64,000 bases of DNA from Elainellaceae cyanobacterium. GTDB lineage: Bacteria; Cyanobacteriota; Cyanobacteriia; CAZCXK01. The notes beneath the pieces are model-generated. The model was not told the origin of the DNA, searched no databases, and was given only the letters and a program-made list of their open reading frames with translations. The DNA is taken from the NCBI GenBank assembly GCA_051117555.1, contig JBNPEG010000016.1:1-64000 (forward strand), read 5' to 3'. Made by a program: the position numbers and the translations under genes. Of this stretch, positions 21,079-30,888 are shown piece after piece. Each line of letters begins with the position of its first letter. Positions within the stretch are counted from its first letter, which is position 1.

Positions 21079-21708
21079 TTATGAGCCAAATAATTGATAA
21101 GCGCGTTGATGAATAGACACCAAATTGACGCGCAAATTTTGATTGAGGCGGCGTTCAATAATATTGGCAGGCATCAGTCGAGGAGGACACACGACGACAG
21201 TGTAGGTTAAATCGGTTGTGTCACCCGAATCTATTGCAGGTTGGAGATGCCACTGTCCTTCGAAGGTCTTAAAATCTCCCTCGACCATACGAAACTCGAT
21301 CAGGTTGGGAAATGTTTCAACCATGTCTAGCACGACGCGCGCGCAAAAGTGAAAGTTGAGCAAGCACTGGCTCCCCACTTGCTCTAGGCGAATTCCACCG
21401 CTGGGATGCTCGATTCGTTGGCTCTTAGCTAAATTTGGAATAAAATCAGCCAGCGTCTCATAATCTGTCAGGATCTGCCAAATCTGCTCAACAGAATGCG
21501 GAATCTGAATCTGGGCAGAAATTTTTCGCTGACGCCCTCCCGCCTGCTCCGTTCGCACGTCAACTTCTTGAAGCAAGGCTGCATCAAGCCCCGTCTCGAT
21601 TTCTGTCGCTGGTTCTGTCGCTGGACGTTCGGTAATGGGCTGATCCCATTTTGAATTGGCGATCGCAGCATGCTTTGGGTAGTCAAGCGGATTTGAATTC
21701 GTCACCAT
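21079..21708 (-). CDS. SRPBCC / polyketide cyclase family protein
   Basis: WQILTDYETLADFIPNL, RMVEGDFK.FEG.W. Confidence 0.87.
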   Translation of the reverse strand: MVTNSNPLDYPKHAAIANSKWDQPITERPATEPATEIETGLDAALLQEVDVRTEQAGGRQRKISAQIQIPHSVEQIWQILTDYETLADFIPNLAKSQRIEHPSGGIRLEQVGSQCLLNFHFCARVVLDMVETFPNLIEFRMVEGDFKTFEGQWHLQPAIDSGDTTDLTYTVVVCPPRLMPANIIERRLNQNLRVNLVSIHQRAYQLFGS

Positions 21709-22067
21709 TCACTCCTAGAACACAGTCAATATCGAAACGGCTTGGCACACTATCGGGTTGCGACGTTCTACAAAAAATTATATTCAGCAGATGGAATGTC
21801 TGCTGTTGTCTTGTAGACGCTGAGATTAACGTACCCAGTTAGGTGATCAAGACCAACATCTATGAGTCTAGAGTTCCGACTGGGCATCGACTTCACCGAA
21901 TCCATAAAGTCAATAGAGAAAGTCATGCGTTAGGGGCTGACGTTTCTGTGTGGTTCTGTTTCTGTACCAATTATGCAGGATTACAGAGAATCTACAGACG
22001 ATTTACAAACGATCCGTGACGACTACAATGAAGTTCATGCTTACTATATAAAATGCTCGTCTAGCTT

Positions 22068-23768
22068 ATGATCCCGAAGCACGCCTCAGCGTCTGCGCCT
22101 GCGATTGGAACCGTTAAAGGACCGGGTGAAAACGGTAATCAATATGTGTTTATTACGGCTGAAAATCAGCACGTTAAGATTGGCGAATTTGTCTACTATG
22201 AAGCATTTTTGCCTCAATTAGGATCTGCAACGCCCGTTTGTATGGAGATTTTGGGCAAAATCTCTGGGATTTGTCTGATCGATCATCTACCCGATCGCAT
22301 TTTTGCAGATACGCAGATCAACCCAGAGGCGATCGCAACGCTGATTGGGTTTGCGTATCCTAATCCTGCCATTTATGAAGTAACGGTGGATGTGGTTGGC
22401 TATTTTGACCCGCGCTTGGGGTTTATGAATCCTCGACAGTCTCCTGATCCGGGAGCGAAGGTGTATTTGACGAGTGATGCCACCCTGCGACAGGTTCTTA
22501 ACAAAAAGCAGCCGGATGATGTAGGTGCGGCTCATATTGGTGCATTGCTGTTGCGGGAGGCAAATTCTGTCCCGATCGCGCTGGATGTCAAAGAATTAGT
22601 TAGCACTCATGTCGCAATTTTGGCGGGCACGGGATCTGGAAAGTCGTATACGGCAGGGGTGCTCGTCGAAGAATTATTGCGCCCCCATAATCGCGCTGCT
22701 GTGCTGATTTTTGACCCCCACGGGGAGTATGGCACCTTGACTGAAATGCGAGGACATCCAGCATTTGGGGCAGAGGATGGCTATCAGCCGCAGGTGAAGG
22801 TGCTGTCTCCCGATGACATTCGAATTCGAATATCGTCGTTAGATTATTACGACATTGTTTCGCTGCTGCCGGATATGAGCGATCGCCAGCAGTCTATTTT
22901 GAATAAGGCGTTTGGCATTCTTAAGCGGCATAAGCGGGGTGACTATCGCTGGAGCATCAATGATTTAATCGCGGCTGTATTTGAAGCCGATAGCACTCAA
23001 GATGAAGACGGCAATGAGAAGGTGGGGTCGTCTGCGCCAGCTATTGAGTGGAAGCTTGATCGATTGGGGCGATCGCAATATTTCCATTCCTTTGAGCATT
23101 TAGCACCCAAAGACTTGTTCGAACCAGGGCAAGTGACGGTTCTCCAGATGAATGAGATTAGCCAGGAAGAACAGCAGGTCATTTGTGCCGCCGTGCTTCG
23201 ACAGGCAAATCTAGCTCGGATGAACACCCAAAAAGAGCGGATTGCGGCAGATGATGAGAATTATTTGCCCTATCCCGTCTTTGTGTTGCTAGAAGAAGCT
23301 CACCGATTTGCTCCAGCTCATGAACCCTCTCGCTGCAAGATGATTTTACGAACCATTTTGAGTGAAGGGCGTAAGTTTGGCATGGGGGTGGGGCTCATCA
23401 CTCAGCGTCCTGGAAAGCTTGACTCAGACGTGCTCTCTCAGTGCATGAGTCAATTCATCATGCGAATTGTCAATCCGGTGGATCAGGACAGCCTCAAATA
23501 TGGCGTCGAGGCGGCGGGGCGAGATTTGCTGAAGGAACTGCCTGCATTAACGAAAGGACAGGTGATCATTGCTGGAGTATGCGTGAATACGCCGGTTTTA
23601 TGTCAGGTTCGTCAGCGCTTAACCGAACACGGAGGAGAAACCCTCAACGCGCCCGAACTCTGGCAGAGTCATTTTCAGGTGCATCGCCAGCAAGCTCGAA
23701 AAATTGAACAGGCTCCTGTTGTGAGTCGAACACGGGCCAAAACCTTTCAAGGCAAGAGCATTGAGTAG
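22068..23768 (+). CDS. HerA/FtsK-family ATPase (HAS-barrel plus DUF87)
   Basis: HVAILAGTGSGKS (Walker A), IFDPHGEY, LLEEAH (Walker B), SEGRKFG, TQRP. Confidence 0.88.
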   Translation: MIPKHASASAPAIGTVKGPGENGNQYVFITAENQHVKIGEFVYYEAFLPQLGSATPVCMEILGKISGICLIDHLPDRIFADTQINPEAIATLIGFAYPNPAIYEVTVDVVGYFDPRLGFMNPRQSPDPGAKVYLTSDATLRQVLNKKQPDDVGAAHIGALLLREANSVPIALDVKELVSTHVAILAGTGSGKSYTAGVLVEELLRPHNRAAVLIFDPHGEYGTLTEMRGHPAFGAEDGYQPQVKVLSPDDIRIRISSLDYYDIVSLLPDMSDRQQSILNKAFGILKRHKRGDYRWSINDLIAAVFEADSTQDEDGNEKVGSSAPAIEWKLDRLGRSQYFHSFEHLAPKDLFEPGQVTVLQMNEISQEEQQVICAAVLRQANLARMNTQKERIAADDENYLPYPVFVLLEEAHRFAPAHEPSRCKMILRTILSEGRKFGMGVGLITQRPGKLDSDVLSQCMSQFIMRIVNPVDQDSLKYGVEAAGRDLLKELPALTKGQVIIAGVCVNTPVLCQVRQRLTEHGGETLNAPELWQSHFQVHRQQARKIEQAPVVSRTRAKTFQGKSIE

Positions 23769-23798
23769 GGATTGTGAGTGAATGGGTGAATGAGCAGG

Positions 23799-24722
23799 TT
23801 AATCGTCGACTGGGCTTGGGGATGATGAGGGCGATCGCACTGCTTCTGCTTGTCGTAGTGCAGCCTCACTATTTTGTTGATAAAGGGCTTGACGGTTTTG
23901 TGCTGTGATGTAACGGCTGTCGTCGGGCGAAATTTCTGCCATCAAATCAGAGGCTCGCTGCCATCGACTGGCAAGATCTAGCCATTCTGCAGATGATTGA
24001 GCGACTTGACCATCCTGGGCTGCTTTTTCTGCAATCCACACTGCTTGCGCAAAAGGATCAGTTTGGGAAACGGTGGCTAGAGAATCTGGTATTTCATCTG
24101 CACGGCTATCTGCGGACATCAAATCGGAGTTGGAAGACCCTTCGGTAATCTGAGCCTGACTGGTTACCCCACTCTGAGGCGCAAACCGCTCATACGCAAA
24201 CCACCCTAGCAGCAAAACTAATGCACTTAAGCCGACTCCACCCAATGTGCCTCGCCAAAACTGCTGCTTTTCTCGGCGATCTGGTCGAGCAGATGCTTTC
24301 TTTGCAAGGGCAACCTTATTCGAATCCGATCGATTGACTCGCCACTCCTCGGCAATCCGCCGGATCAAATTGGGTTTGGCTAACGTGATTTCTTCTGACC
24401 AGAGAAGCTGATTTTCTGGATCTCGGTTAATCTCCTCAAGCCACAAGAGTTGTTGTTCTTGAACAATGCGACTATTAATCCTGACGCGGCGGATTCGACG
24501 AGGCTGAATCGATTCTAAAATCTGTTTGATGTGAGCTACCAGCTTTTTTTGCTCAAGGCATTCATTACTCCCAGCTTCACACAACAGTTGGAGTATGCCT
24601 TGAGCTAGTACGGCTCTTGCGCGGATTCCAGACTTGGCCAGCTTTTCGTTCAAGACTTGAATGATCGCTGCAACGCTTCCCTGACGAGCCTGCTTGATGA
24701 TGTCATCGATCGAGTCTACCAT
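23799..24722 (-). CDS. Hypothetical single-pass membrane protein with C-terminal helical repeat
   Basis: 307 aa; TM at about aa 160-178; WLDLASRWQRASDLM helical motif. Confidence 0.75.
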   Translation of the reverse strand: MVDSIDDIIKQARQGSVAAIIQVLNEKLAKSGIRARAVLAQGILQLLCEAGSNECLEQKKLVAHIKQILESIQPRRIRRVRINSRIVQEQQLLWLEEINRDPENQLLWSEEITLAKPNLIRRIAEEWRVNRSDSNKVALAKKASARPDRREKQQFWRGTLGGVGLSALVLLLGWFAYERFAPQSGVTSQAQITEGSSNSDLMSADSRADEIPDSLATVSQTDPFAQAVWIAEKAAQDGQVAQSSAEWLDLASRWQRASDLMAEISPDDSRYITAQNRQALYQQNSEAALRQAEAVRSPSSSPSPVDD

Positions 24723-24747
24723 AGTCTACTTAGCATTGAGGTCGGTA

Positions 24748-24795
24748 GTGACATACGTCCGAGTCGTGACATACGCCCGAGTCGTGACATACGTC
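24748..24795. repeat. 18-nt tandem repeat, about 2.7 units
   Basis: GTGACATACGYCCGAGTC repeated just upstream of the 24722 start. Confidence 0.85.
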
Positions 24796-25080
24796 TTAAT
24801 TAAATGCAACCTTCATAAACTCATCCTAGCGGTAATCGATTTAAAAATACTCCGCCCAGGTTTATGAAAGAAGGTTACCCCTCTTTTTATCATCTATAAA
24901 CTATCGTTCATTCTTCTTATCTTGTTCCAGCTCCCTCAGTTTTGTTTGGACATCTTATATGACGAGGAACTGCAAGTTTGGGTGGCAGCTAGCATCGGAC
25001 GCATCCCGATTTTGCAAAAACCCTCTTGCCCTTGAGACTGCTTCTCTAAGTAGGTGGGACTAATTAAATATGAGACCTGT

Positions 25081-25193
25081 GTAGGTTGGGGTTGAGGTAC
25101 GTATAGCCCAAGGGGCATTCAAGAAAGGCAAAGCCTTGCCGAAGGCAATAACCCAACGCCCGCATGGGTTACGCTATCGCTAACCCATCCTAC
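25081..25193. repeat. GTAG-type REP pair with nested insertions
   Basis: GTAGGTTGGGGTTGAGG...AACCCAAC and ATGGGTTACGCTATCGCTAACCCATCCTAC. Confidence 0.65.
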
Positions 25194-25312
25194 TGGCGTG
25201 GCACAGCTAAAATAATGCATTGGTAGGGTATCGTTAGCGCAGCGTAACGCACCGGATTCAAGAGCTTCAGCCCTTTAAGGATTTGCACTATCTTAAGTAT
25301 GTCAGGCCACTA
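25191..25312 (+). mobile_element. MITE family C, copy 1 (~122 bp, TA ends, internal REP hairpin)
   Basis: Homologous to 59538-59659, 61555-61677 and 61676-61789. Confidence 0.75.
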
Positions 25313-25359
25313 CATTTGATTCCGCCTACCTACTTATCGCTCGCAGTGACTCTCAAATA

Positions 25360-25645
25360 GACATTACGAACGAACGTCTAGACATTGCGAATGATGGTCT
25401 AGACATTGCGAACGATAGTCTAGACATTGCGAACGATGGTCTAGACATTGCGAACGAACGTCTAGACATTGTGAATGATGGTCTGATCATTGCGAACGAT
25501 GGTCTAGACATTGTGAATGATGGTCTGATCATTGCGAACGATGGTCTAGACATTGTGAATGATGGTCTGATCATTGCGAACGATAGTCTAGACATTGCGA
25601 ACGATGGTCTAATCATTGCGAACGATGGTCTAATCATTGCGAACG
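25360..25645. repeat. 21-nt tandem array, about 13.6 units
   Basis: Consensus GACATTGCGAACGATGGTCTA, contiguous units with no spacers. Confidence 0.95.
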
Positions 25646-25671
25646 CAGTGAAGCAATCGCCGAATGACGAG

Positions 25672-25869
25672 AGTGCGAGCGTCTCGGCGACCCTACAAGG
25701 AACACGCGATCGAGGACGGTCGCACTTACACGAAAACCTAAACGCGAGAGTTCCGAATTTTGTGAAAAAGTGCGTTTGCCCTGGCAATGCGGAGCATAAC
25801 GTCTCGGCGACCCTACCAGGAACACGCGACCGAGAACGGTTGCACTGACACGAAAACCTAAACGCTCTC
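25672..25869 (+). repeat. Family D, copies 2 (partial) and 3 in tandem
   Basis: CGTCTCGGCGACCCTAC..GGAACACGCGA..CGAG.ACGGT.GCACT.ACACGAAAACCTAAACGC present twice. Confidence 0.8.
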
Positions 25870-26105
25870 GAATGACTCACTCGGGATGCTCCCGCTAGAA
25901 TCACTCATGCCTCGATTCATCTAATACCTCGATCTCAGGCATTCGGCTCAGGCGTTGATCTCGTGCGGTGATTAATTGGATGCGGCTATTGACACAATGA
26001 CTCACACAATAATTCATCATTAGACTTGAGCCTAAGTTGGGTTTAAGAATGTTTAGATATTGCTATGTCGTTCTTTATCCAACTCGTGCATTCTCTTGAG
26101 TTACT

Positions 26106-27866
26106 ATGATTGCTCCTTCTTTTTTTCGTCGCTACAAAAGACCGTTGACGTATGCAGGGATCTTACTTTGCCTTTTAGGAACGCCCGCCTGTTTTCGGCA
26201 AGGCGATTCCTCATCCGAGTCTCAAAGTGAATCTGCTGCGGGCGAAACAGGTGATACCAATACTACGCTGAGACTATTGTATTGGCAGGCTCCTACTATT
26301 CTGAATCCCCATCTTTCAACAGGCTTTAAGGATGCAGAAGCAAGTCGCATTTCGCTAGAACCTCTCGCAAGCTACGACAAGGACGGCAATATGATCTTGT
26401 TTCTGGCTGCTGAGGAACCAACGTTAGAAAATGGGGGCATTTCGTCGGATGGAAGATCGGTCACGTGGACATTAAAGCAAAATGTAATGTGGTCAGATGG
26501 CACACCATTTACAGCAGCGGATGTGGTGTTTACCTATGAATTTCTGACGAACCCTGATTCGGGGGCTACATCAGCCGGAACGTATGAAATTATTGAGAGC
26601 GTTGAGGCTCTCGATGAGCACACTGTCCAAGTTAATTTCAAAGAGGTCAATCCGGCTTGGTTTTTAGTATTTATGGGCACCGAGGGAATGATTTTGCCCA
26701 AGCATATGTACGACGAGTATGTGGGTGCAAGTTCACGGGAGGCCCCTGCAAATCTAATGCCGGTGGGCACTGGGCCATATCGAGTGACGGAATTTCGGCC
26801 CGGGGATACGGTTGTATATGAGCCGAATCCTAATTTTCGGGAGGCAGAAAAACCTTTTTTTCAGCGAGTTGAGTTAAAAGGAGGTGGGGATGCGACTTCC
26901 GCAGCGCGAGCCGTTCTCCAAACTGGCGATGCTGATTTTGCCTATAATCTCCAAGTCGAAGCTCAAGTGTTAAGTCAACTCACTGGATCGGGGCAGGTCG
27001 TGTCTAATTTTGGTTCGCTGATGGAGCGCATTCTGATCAACCAAACCGATCCAAATCGAGAAACGGCTGATGGTGAACGATCGAGTCTTCAGTTTCCCCA
27101 TCCTTTTTTCTCTGATCCGCAGGTGAGGCAGGCGTTGAGCTTAGCGATTGATCGAGAGGCGATCGCCCAACAACTGTATGGCCCCTCCGGTCGAGCGACT
27201 TCAAATTTTGTCGTTGCTCCTGATCAATATGTTTCGCCCAATACGAGCCATGCCTTCGATTTAGAGAAGGCCGCAGATTTGCTTGATCAGGCAGGGTGGG
27301 TCGATAGCAATGGCAATGACATTCGAGATAAAAATGGCACTGAAATGCAGATCGTTTTTCAAACATCGGTCAATCCAGTTCGCCAAAAAACTCAGGAAAT
27401 CGTCAAGCAATCTCTTGAATCGATTGGAATGGCAGTCGAGCTAAAAAGCATTGATGCCAGCATTTTCTTTTCGGGTGATCCGGGAAATACCGATACGACC
27501 GAGCGGTTTTTGGCAGATTTGCAGATGTTTACAACCGGCAATACGAGTCCTGATCCGGGAGCATATCTGCAAACGTATACCTGTGATCAAATTCCTCAAA
27601 AGTCAAATAATTGGGTGGGGGATAACACCTCTCGCTACTGTAATGAAGACTACGACGCCTTGTGGGCACAATCTGCAAAAGAGCTAGACCCTGAGGTGCG
27701 TCAAGGCATGATTCTCGATATGAATGACATGCTGGTGAATGATGGGGTTGTGATTCCTCTGGTGCATCGAGCCGAGACGGCAGGAGTCGGCAACGATTTA
27801 ACTGGAGTCGACCTTACGCCGTGGGATGTGAATACCTGGAACATCATGGATTGGACACGTCAATGA
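26106..27866 (+). CDS. Peptide/nickel ABC transporter substrate-binding lipoprotein (family 5)
   Basis: Lipobox-like TPAC, WSDGTPFTAADVVFT, PVGTGPY. Confidence 0.92.
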   Translation: MIAPSFFRRYKRPLTYAGILLCLLGTPACFRQGDSSSESQSESAAGETGDTNTTLRLLYWQAPTILNPHLSTGFKDAEASRISLEPLASYDKDGNMILFLAAEEPTLENGGISSDGRSVTWTLKQNVMWSDGTPFTAADVVFTYEFLTNPDSGATSAGTYEIIESVEALDEHTVQVNFKEVNPAWFLVFMGTEGMILPKHMYDEYVGASSREAPANLMPVGTGPYRVTEFRPGDTVVYEPNPNFREAEKPFFQRVELKGGGDATSAARAVLQTGDADFAYNLQVEAQVLSQLTGSGQVVSNFGSLMERILINQTDPNRETADGERSSLQFPHPFFSDPQVRQALSLAIDREAIAQQLYGPSGRATSNFVVAPDQYVSPNTSHAFDLEKAADLLDQAGWVDSNGNDIRDKNGTEMQIVFQTSVNPVRQKTQEIVKQSLESIGMAVELKSIDASIFFSGDPGNTDTTERFLADLQMFTTGNTSPDPGAYLQTYTCDQIPQKSNNWVGDNTSRYCNEDYDALWAQSAKELDPEVRQGMILDMNDMLVNDGVVIPLVHRAETAGVGNDLTGVDLTPWDVNTWNIMDWTRQ

Positions 27867-28822
27867 CTCGCTATTTGCTGAATCGATTGTTGACCTCAAT
27901 TCCGACGTTGGTTGCGATTAGTCTTGTCATTTTTTTAATCCTTGCGCTTGCTCCCGGAGATCCGCTCGCAGAATTTGCCAATAATCCGTCTATGACACCG
28001 GAAGTCCGAGAGAATATCCGGCGATCGCTCGGCCTGGATCAACCGATTCACATCCGCTATGTCAAATGGGCGTGGGCATTTCTTCACGGAGACATGGGCT
28101 ATTCATTCACCAGCCGTAGTCCCGTGAGCGAGTTAATTCTTCAGCGCTTGCCAACGACGCTATGGGTTGTTGGCATTGCGTATCTAATCAGTGTCGGGCT
28201 GGCATTTCCACTGGGTATTCTCTCTGCACTCCGGCGATACTCTCTGCTCGATCAGGTCTTGACCTCGATCGCATTTTTTGGCATTTCCCTACCCCCCTTC
28301 TTCACGGGGCTGTTGTTTATCATTATCTTCAGCGTCGTGCTGGGGTGGCTACCTTTTATCTATAACGCCACTCTGGATATTACAAACTGGCAAACGTTTG
28401 TCGCACAGGTGAAACAATCCATCATGCCGATCGCAGTCCTGGTGTTATTTCAGACGGCGGTGTTGATGCGGTTTATTCGCTCATCGATGCTAGAGCAGTT
28501 GAATCAAGATTATGTTAAAACAGCATATGCCAAGGGGTTGCGCCGTCGCATGGTGGTGTATGGGCATGTGTTGCGAAATGCCATGATTCCAGTGGTGACG
28601 CTAATTGCGCTGGATATCCCGTCAATTTTTACAGGTGCACTTATTACTGAACAGGTGTTTCGAGTGCCTGGAATCGGTGCATTACTGATTGAGTCGATTT
28701 ATCGAAATGACACCCCTGTCGTAATGGCCGTGACGTTTATCTATGCAATTTTGGTGGTCATCTTCAACTTGATTGCTGATTTGCTTTACGGGCTGCTCGA
28801 TCCACGAGTCCGGTATGGCTAA
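27863..28822 (+). CDS. Peptide ABC transporter permease (OppB/DppB-like)
   Basis: APGDP, DYVKTAYAKGL, HVLRNA, LLDPRV; ATGA overlap with the SBP stop gives start 27863. Confidence 0.92.
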   Translation: MTRYLLNRLLTSIPTLVAISLVIFLILALAPGDPLAEFANNPSMTPEVRENIRRSLGLDQPIHIRYVKWAWAFLHGDMGYSFTSRSPVSELILQRLPTTLWVVGIAYLISVGLAFPLGILSALRRYSLLDQVLTSIAFFGISLPPFFTGLLFIIIFSVVLGWLPFIYNATLDITNWQTFVAQVKQSIMPIAVLVLFQTAVLMRFIRSSMLEQLNQDYVKTAYAKGLRRRMVVYGHVLRNAMIPVVTLIALDIPSIFTGALITEQVFRVPGIGALLIESIYRNDTPVVMAVTFIYAILVVIFNLIADLLYGLLDPRVRYG

Positions 28823-28857
28823 TAGTTCTGTCGCATCGTTTCTCCATCAAGGCATAT

Positions 28858-29772
28858 ATGGCTCCATCTGTTGTCTCTGAATCCGTGATTGAGCGTCCGC
28901 CTCGATCGCTCTTGGGAGAAATATGGCGCCGATTTCGACGCGATCGCCTTGCCGTGACAGGGTTGGTGATCTTCGTGACGATTGTGCTCAGCGTCATCGT
29001 CGGCCCGTTGATTTACGCCACTCCCGCCGATCAAATTGACTTTAGCCAAGCAACACTTCCGCCTAGTTTGGAGCATCCGTTTGGGACGAATGATTTGGGG
29101 CAAGACCAACTCGCCCGCGTTTTAATAGGCGGTCGAATTTCAATTACTGTCGGCATCTCTGCCATGCTGATGGCGATTGGGCTTGGTACATTCATTGGGG
29201 CGATCGCCGGGTTTTATCGAGGGCTTGCAGATGCCGTGCTGATGCGCCTCACAGATTTGTTTTTAGCATTGCCGCAGTTGCCGTTGCTGCTGCTGGTGAT
29301 TTATTTGTTTCGAGATCCGGCACGGGCAATGATTGGCCCCGAAGCAGGAATTTTTGTCCTCGTTGTCATTGTTATTGGCGGCTTAAACTGGATGTCGGTG
29401 GCGCGACTCGTACGAGCTAGTTTTCTATCGATGCGAGAACGAGATTTTGTCACTGCTGCCCGGTCAATCGGGGCTCGCCCCTGGCGACTGATTTGGGTTC
29501 ATATCATGCCCAATGTATTAAGCCCGGTCATGGTCGCAGCAACCCTAGCAGTAGGAACCGCTATTATCACCGAATCGACCTTGAGTTTTCTAGGGTTAGG
29601 GTTTCCCCCCGATGTGCCCACGTGGGGACGCATGCTTTATGACGCTCAGGGCTATTTAGACTCTGCTCCTCATATGGCTCTCTTTCCTGGATTAGCGATT
29701 TTTCTAACGGTTTTGAGCATTAACTATATAGGCGACGGATTGCGAGATGCGCTCGATCCTCAATCTCGGTGA
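28858..29772 (+). CDS. Peptide ABC transporter permease (OppC/DppC-like)
   Basis: HPFGTNDLGQD, ESTLSFLGLG, GDGLRDALDP. Confidence 0.92.
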   Translation: MAPSVVSESVIERPPRSLLGEIWRRFRRDRLAVTGLVIFVTIVLSVIVGPLIYATPADQIDFSQATLPPSLEHPFGTNDLGQDQLARVLIGGRISITVGISAMLMAIGLGTFIGAIAGFYRGLADAVLMRLTDLFLALPQLPLLLLVIYLFRDPARAMIGPEAGIFVLVVIVIGGLNWMSVARLVRASFLSMRERDFVTAARSIGARPWRLIWVHIMPNVLSPVMVAATLAVGTAIITESTLSFLGLGFPPDVPTWGRMLYDAQGYLDSAPHMALFPGLAIFLTVLSINYIGDGLRDALDPQSR

Positions 29773-30888
29773 ACGCCAGACGTATGGTGAGTGAAACACG
29801 TCTCTAGAAACATATTGAGTAAGCCAGCAGGGGTTAAGTCGACGAGAGCATAGGGGCGATCGCACGCTTATTATGACTACTCAAAATTATGGCTACTCAA
29901 AATTTGGCTTAGAGTTTGGATTGCCCAAGGAAAATTTAGGATGGTTGCGGATGCACGTCTGAGTTTGCCTTGAATCCCACAAACGATTGACCGACTGCCC
30001 CAATCGTCTCGCTAAAACTTCCTTCTACAAGAAGATTCCCTACGAGCTGCTAATCACTACGCTAATAAATAGATGCATCAGCTCTGCTGATTGCTTAGCC
30101 CCTCCATACATGAATCGGGTTGGCTTACGGCTTAATTCTGTATGTCTGTTCCTGAGATGTATCCCAAAAGTATCCCAAGACATTGAGTCTTCATGGCAAT
30201 CCATGGCGATCGCCCAGGTCGCCCAGGTCACCCAGATGATTTGATAGGGTCTAGCTTGAGATGGATAAAGCAACTCAGAGGTTGCATAGCAAAATGTTAA
30301 AAATTTTGTCAATTTCTATTAAAGCTTTAGCTAGCAGTTCTAGAGCTTTTGGGATCAGGGGCTTCGTATCTAGCGTTTAGCGGGGGTGGCAACTACTCCT
30401 AGGTGATTCGGCTACCCTCACTACCAAGCCCTCTGAATAGTCGCTAGATTGGTGTCAGTTGTAGATTACAAAAGTTTAAGCAGATTTGATGTGAATGTTA
30501 ACCCAATTTGCTATTTGTTAGCAGGTCAACATCTACGAAGACTGCCTAATAGTTCGGTATTCTCGGTCAGAGTTGGCGTTAGTCTCACAGCGTCAGATTT
30601 GATGCCTAAAGCGGTTTACGAATCGATTAAACGGTTTCGCAACGCCAATATGAGAGTGCTGCTGCAACTGACTTCAAGTTGATGGGTGCGAGAGGATAAA
30701 GATTAGGAGGTAAGCGTTGATTTGGAATCCCACAGCAATGGATCGTATTTGCGTCCAAAATTGTGATTTTCCTAATGAAAGGCTCCAGATTCAATTTGGA
30801 CGCAGTTTGGGACTACTGATACTTTCCGCTACCCATAATCTGTTTATCCTTTCGACAATAGCTGCCCAACGTTTAGGGAGACGGTACC

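Noticed and set aside
25360..25645. CRISPR array
   Set aside because: Units are contiguous with no unique spacers, and there are no cas genes in the window.
25353..25904. ORFs 25353-25904 (-) and 25471-25848 (+) as genes
   Set aside because: They are open largely because the unit length is a multiple of 3, and they run through family D repeats; no convincing start or SD.
29987..30682. Short ORFs (85, 90 and 77 aa) upstream of clpC
   Set aside because: TTG starts, mutually overlapping frames for two of them, and no recognisable motifs.
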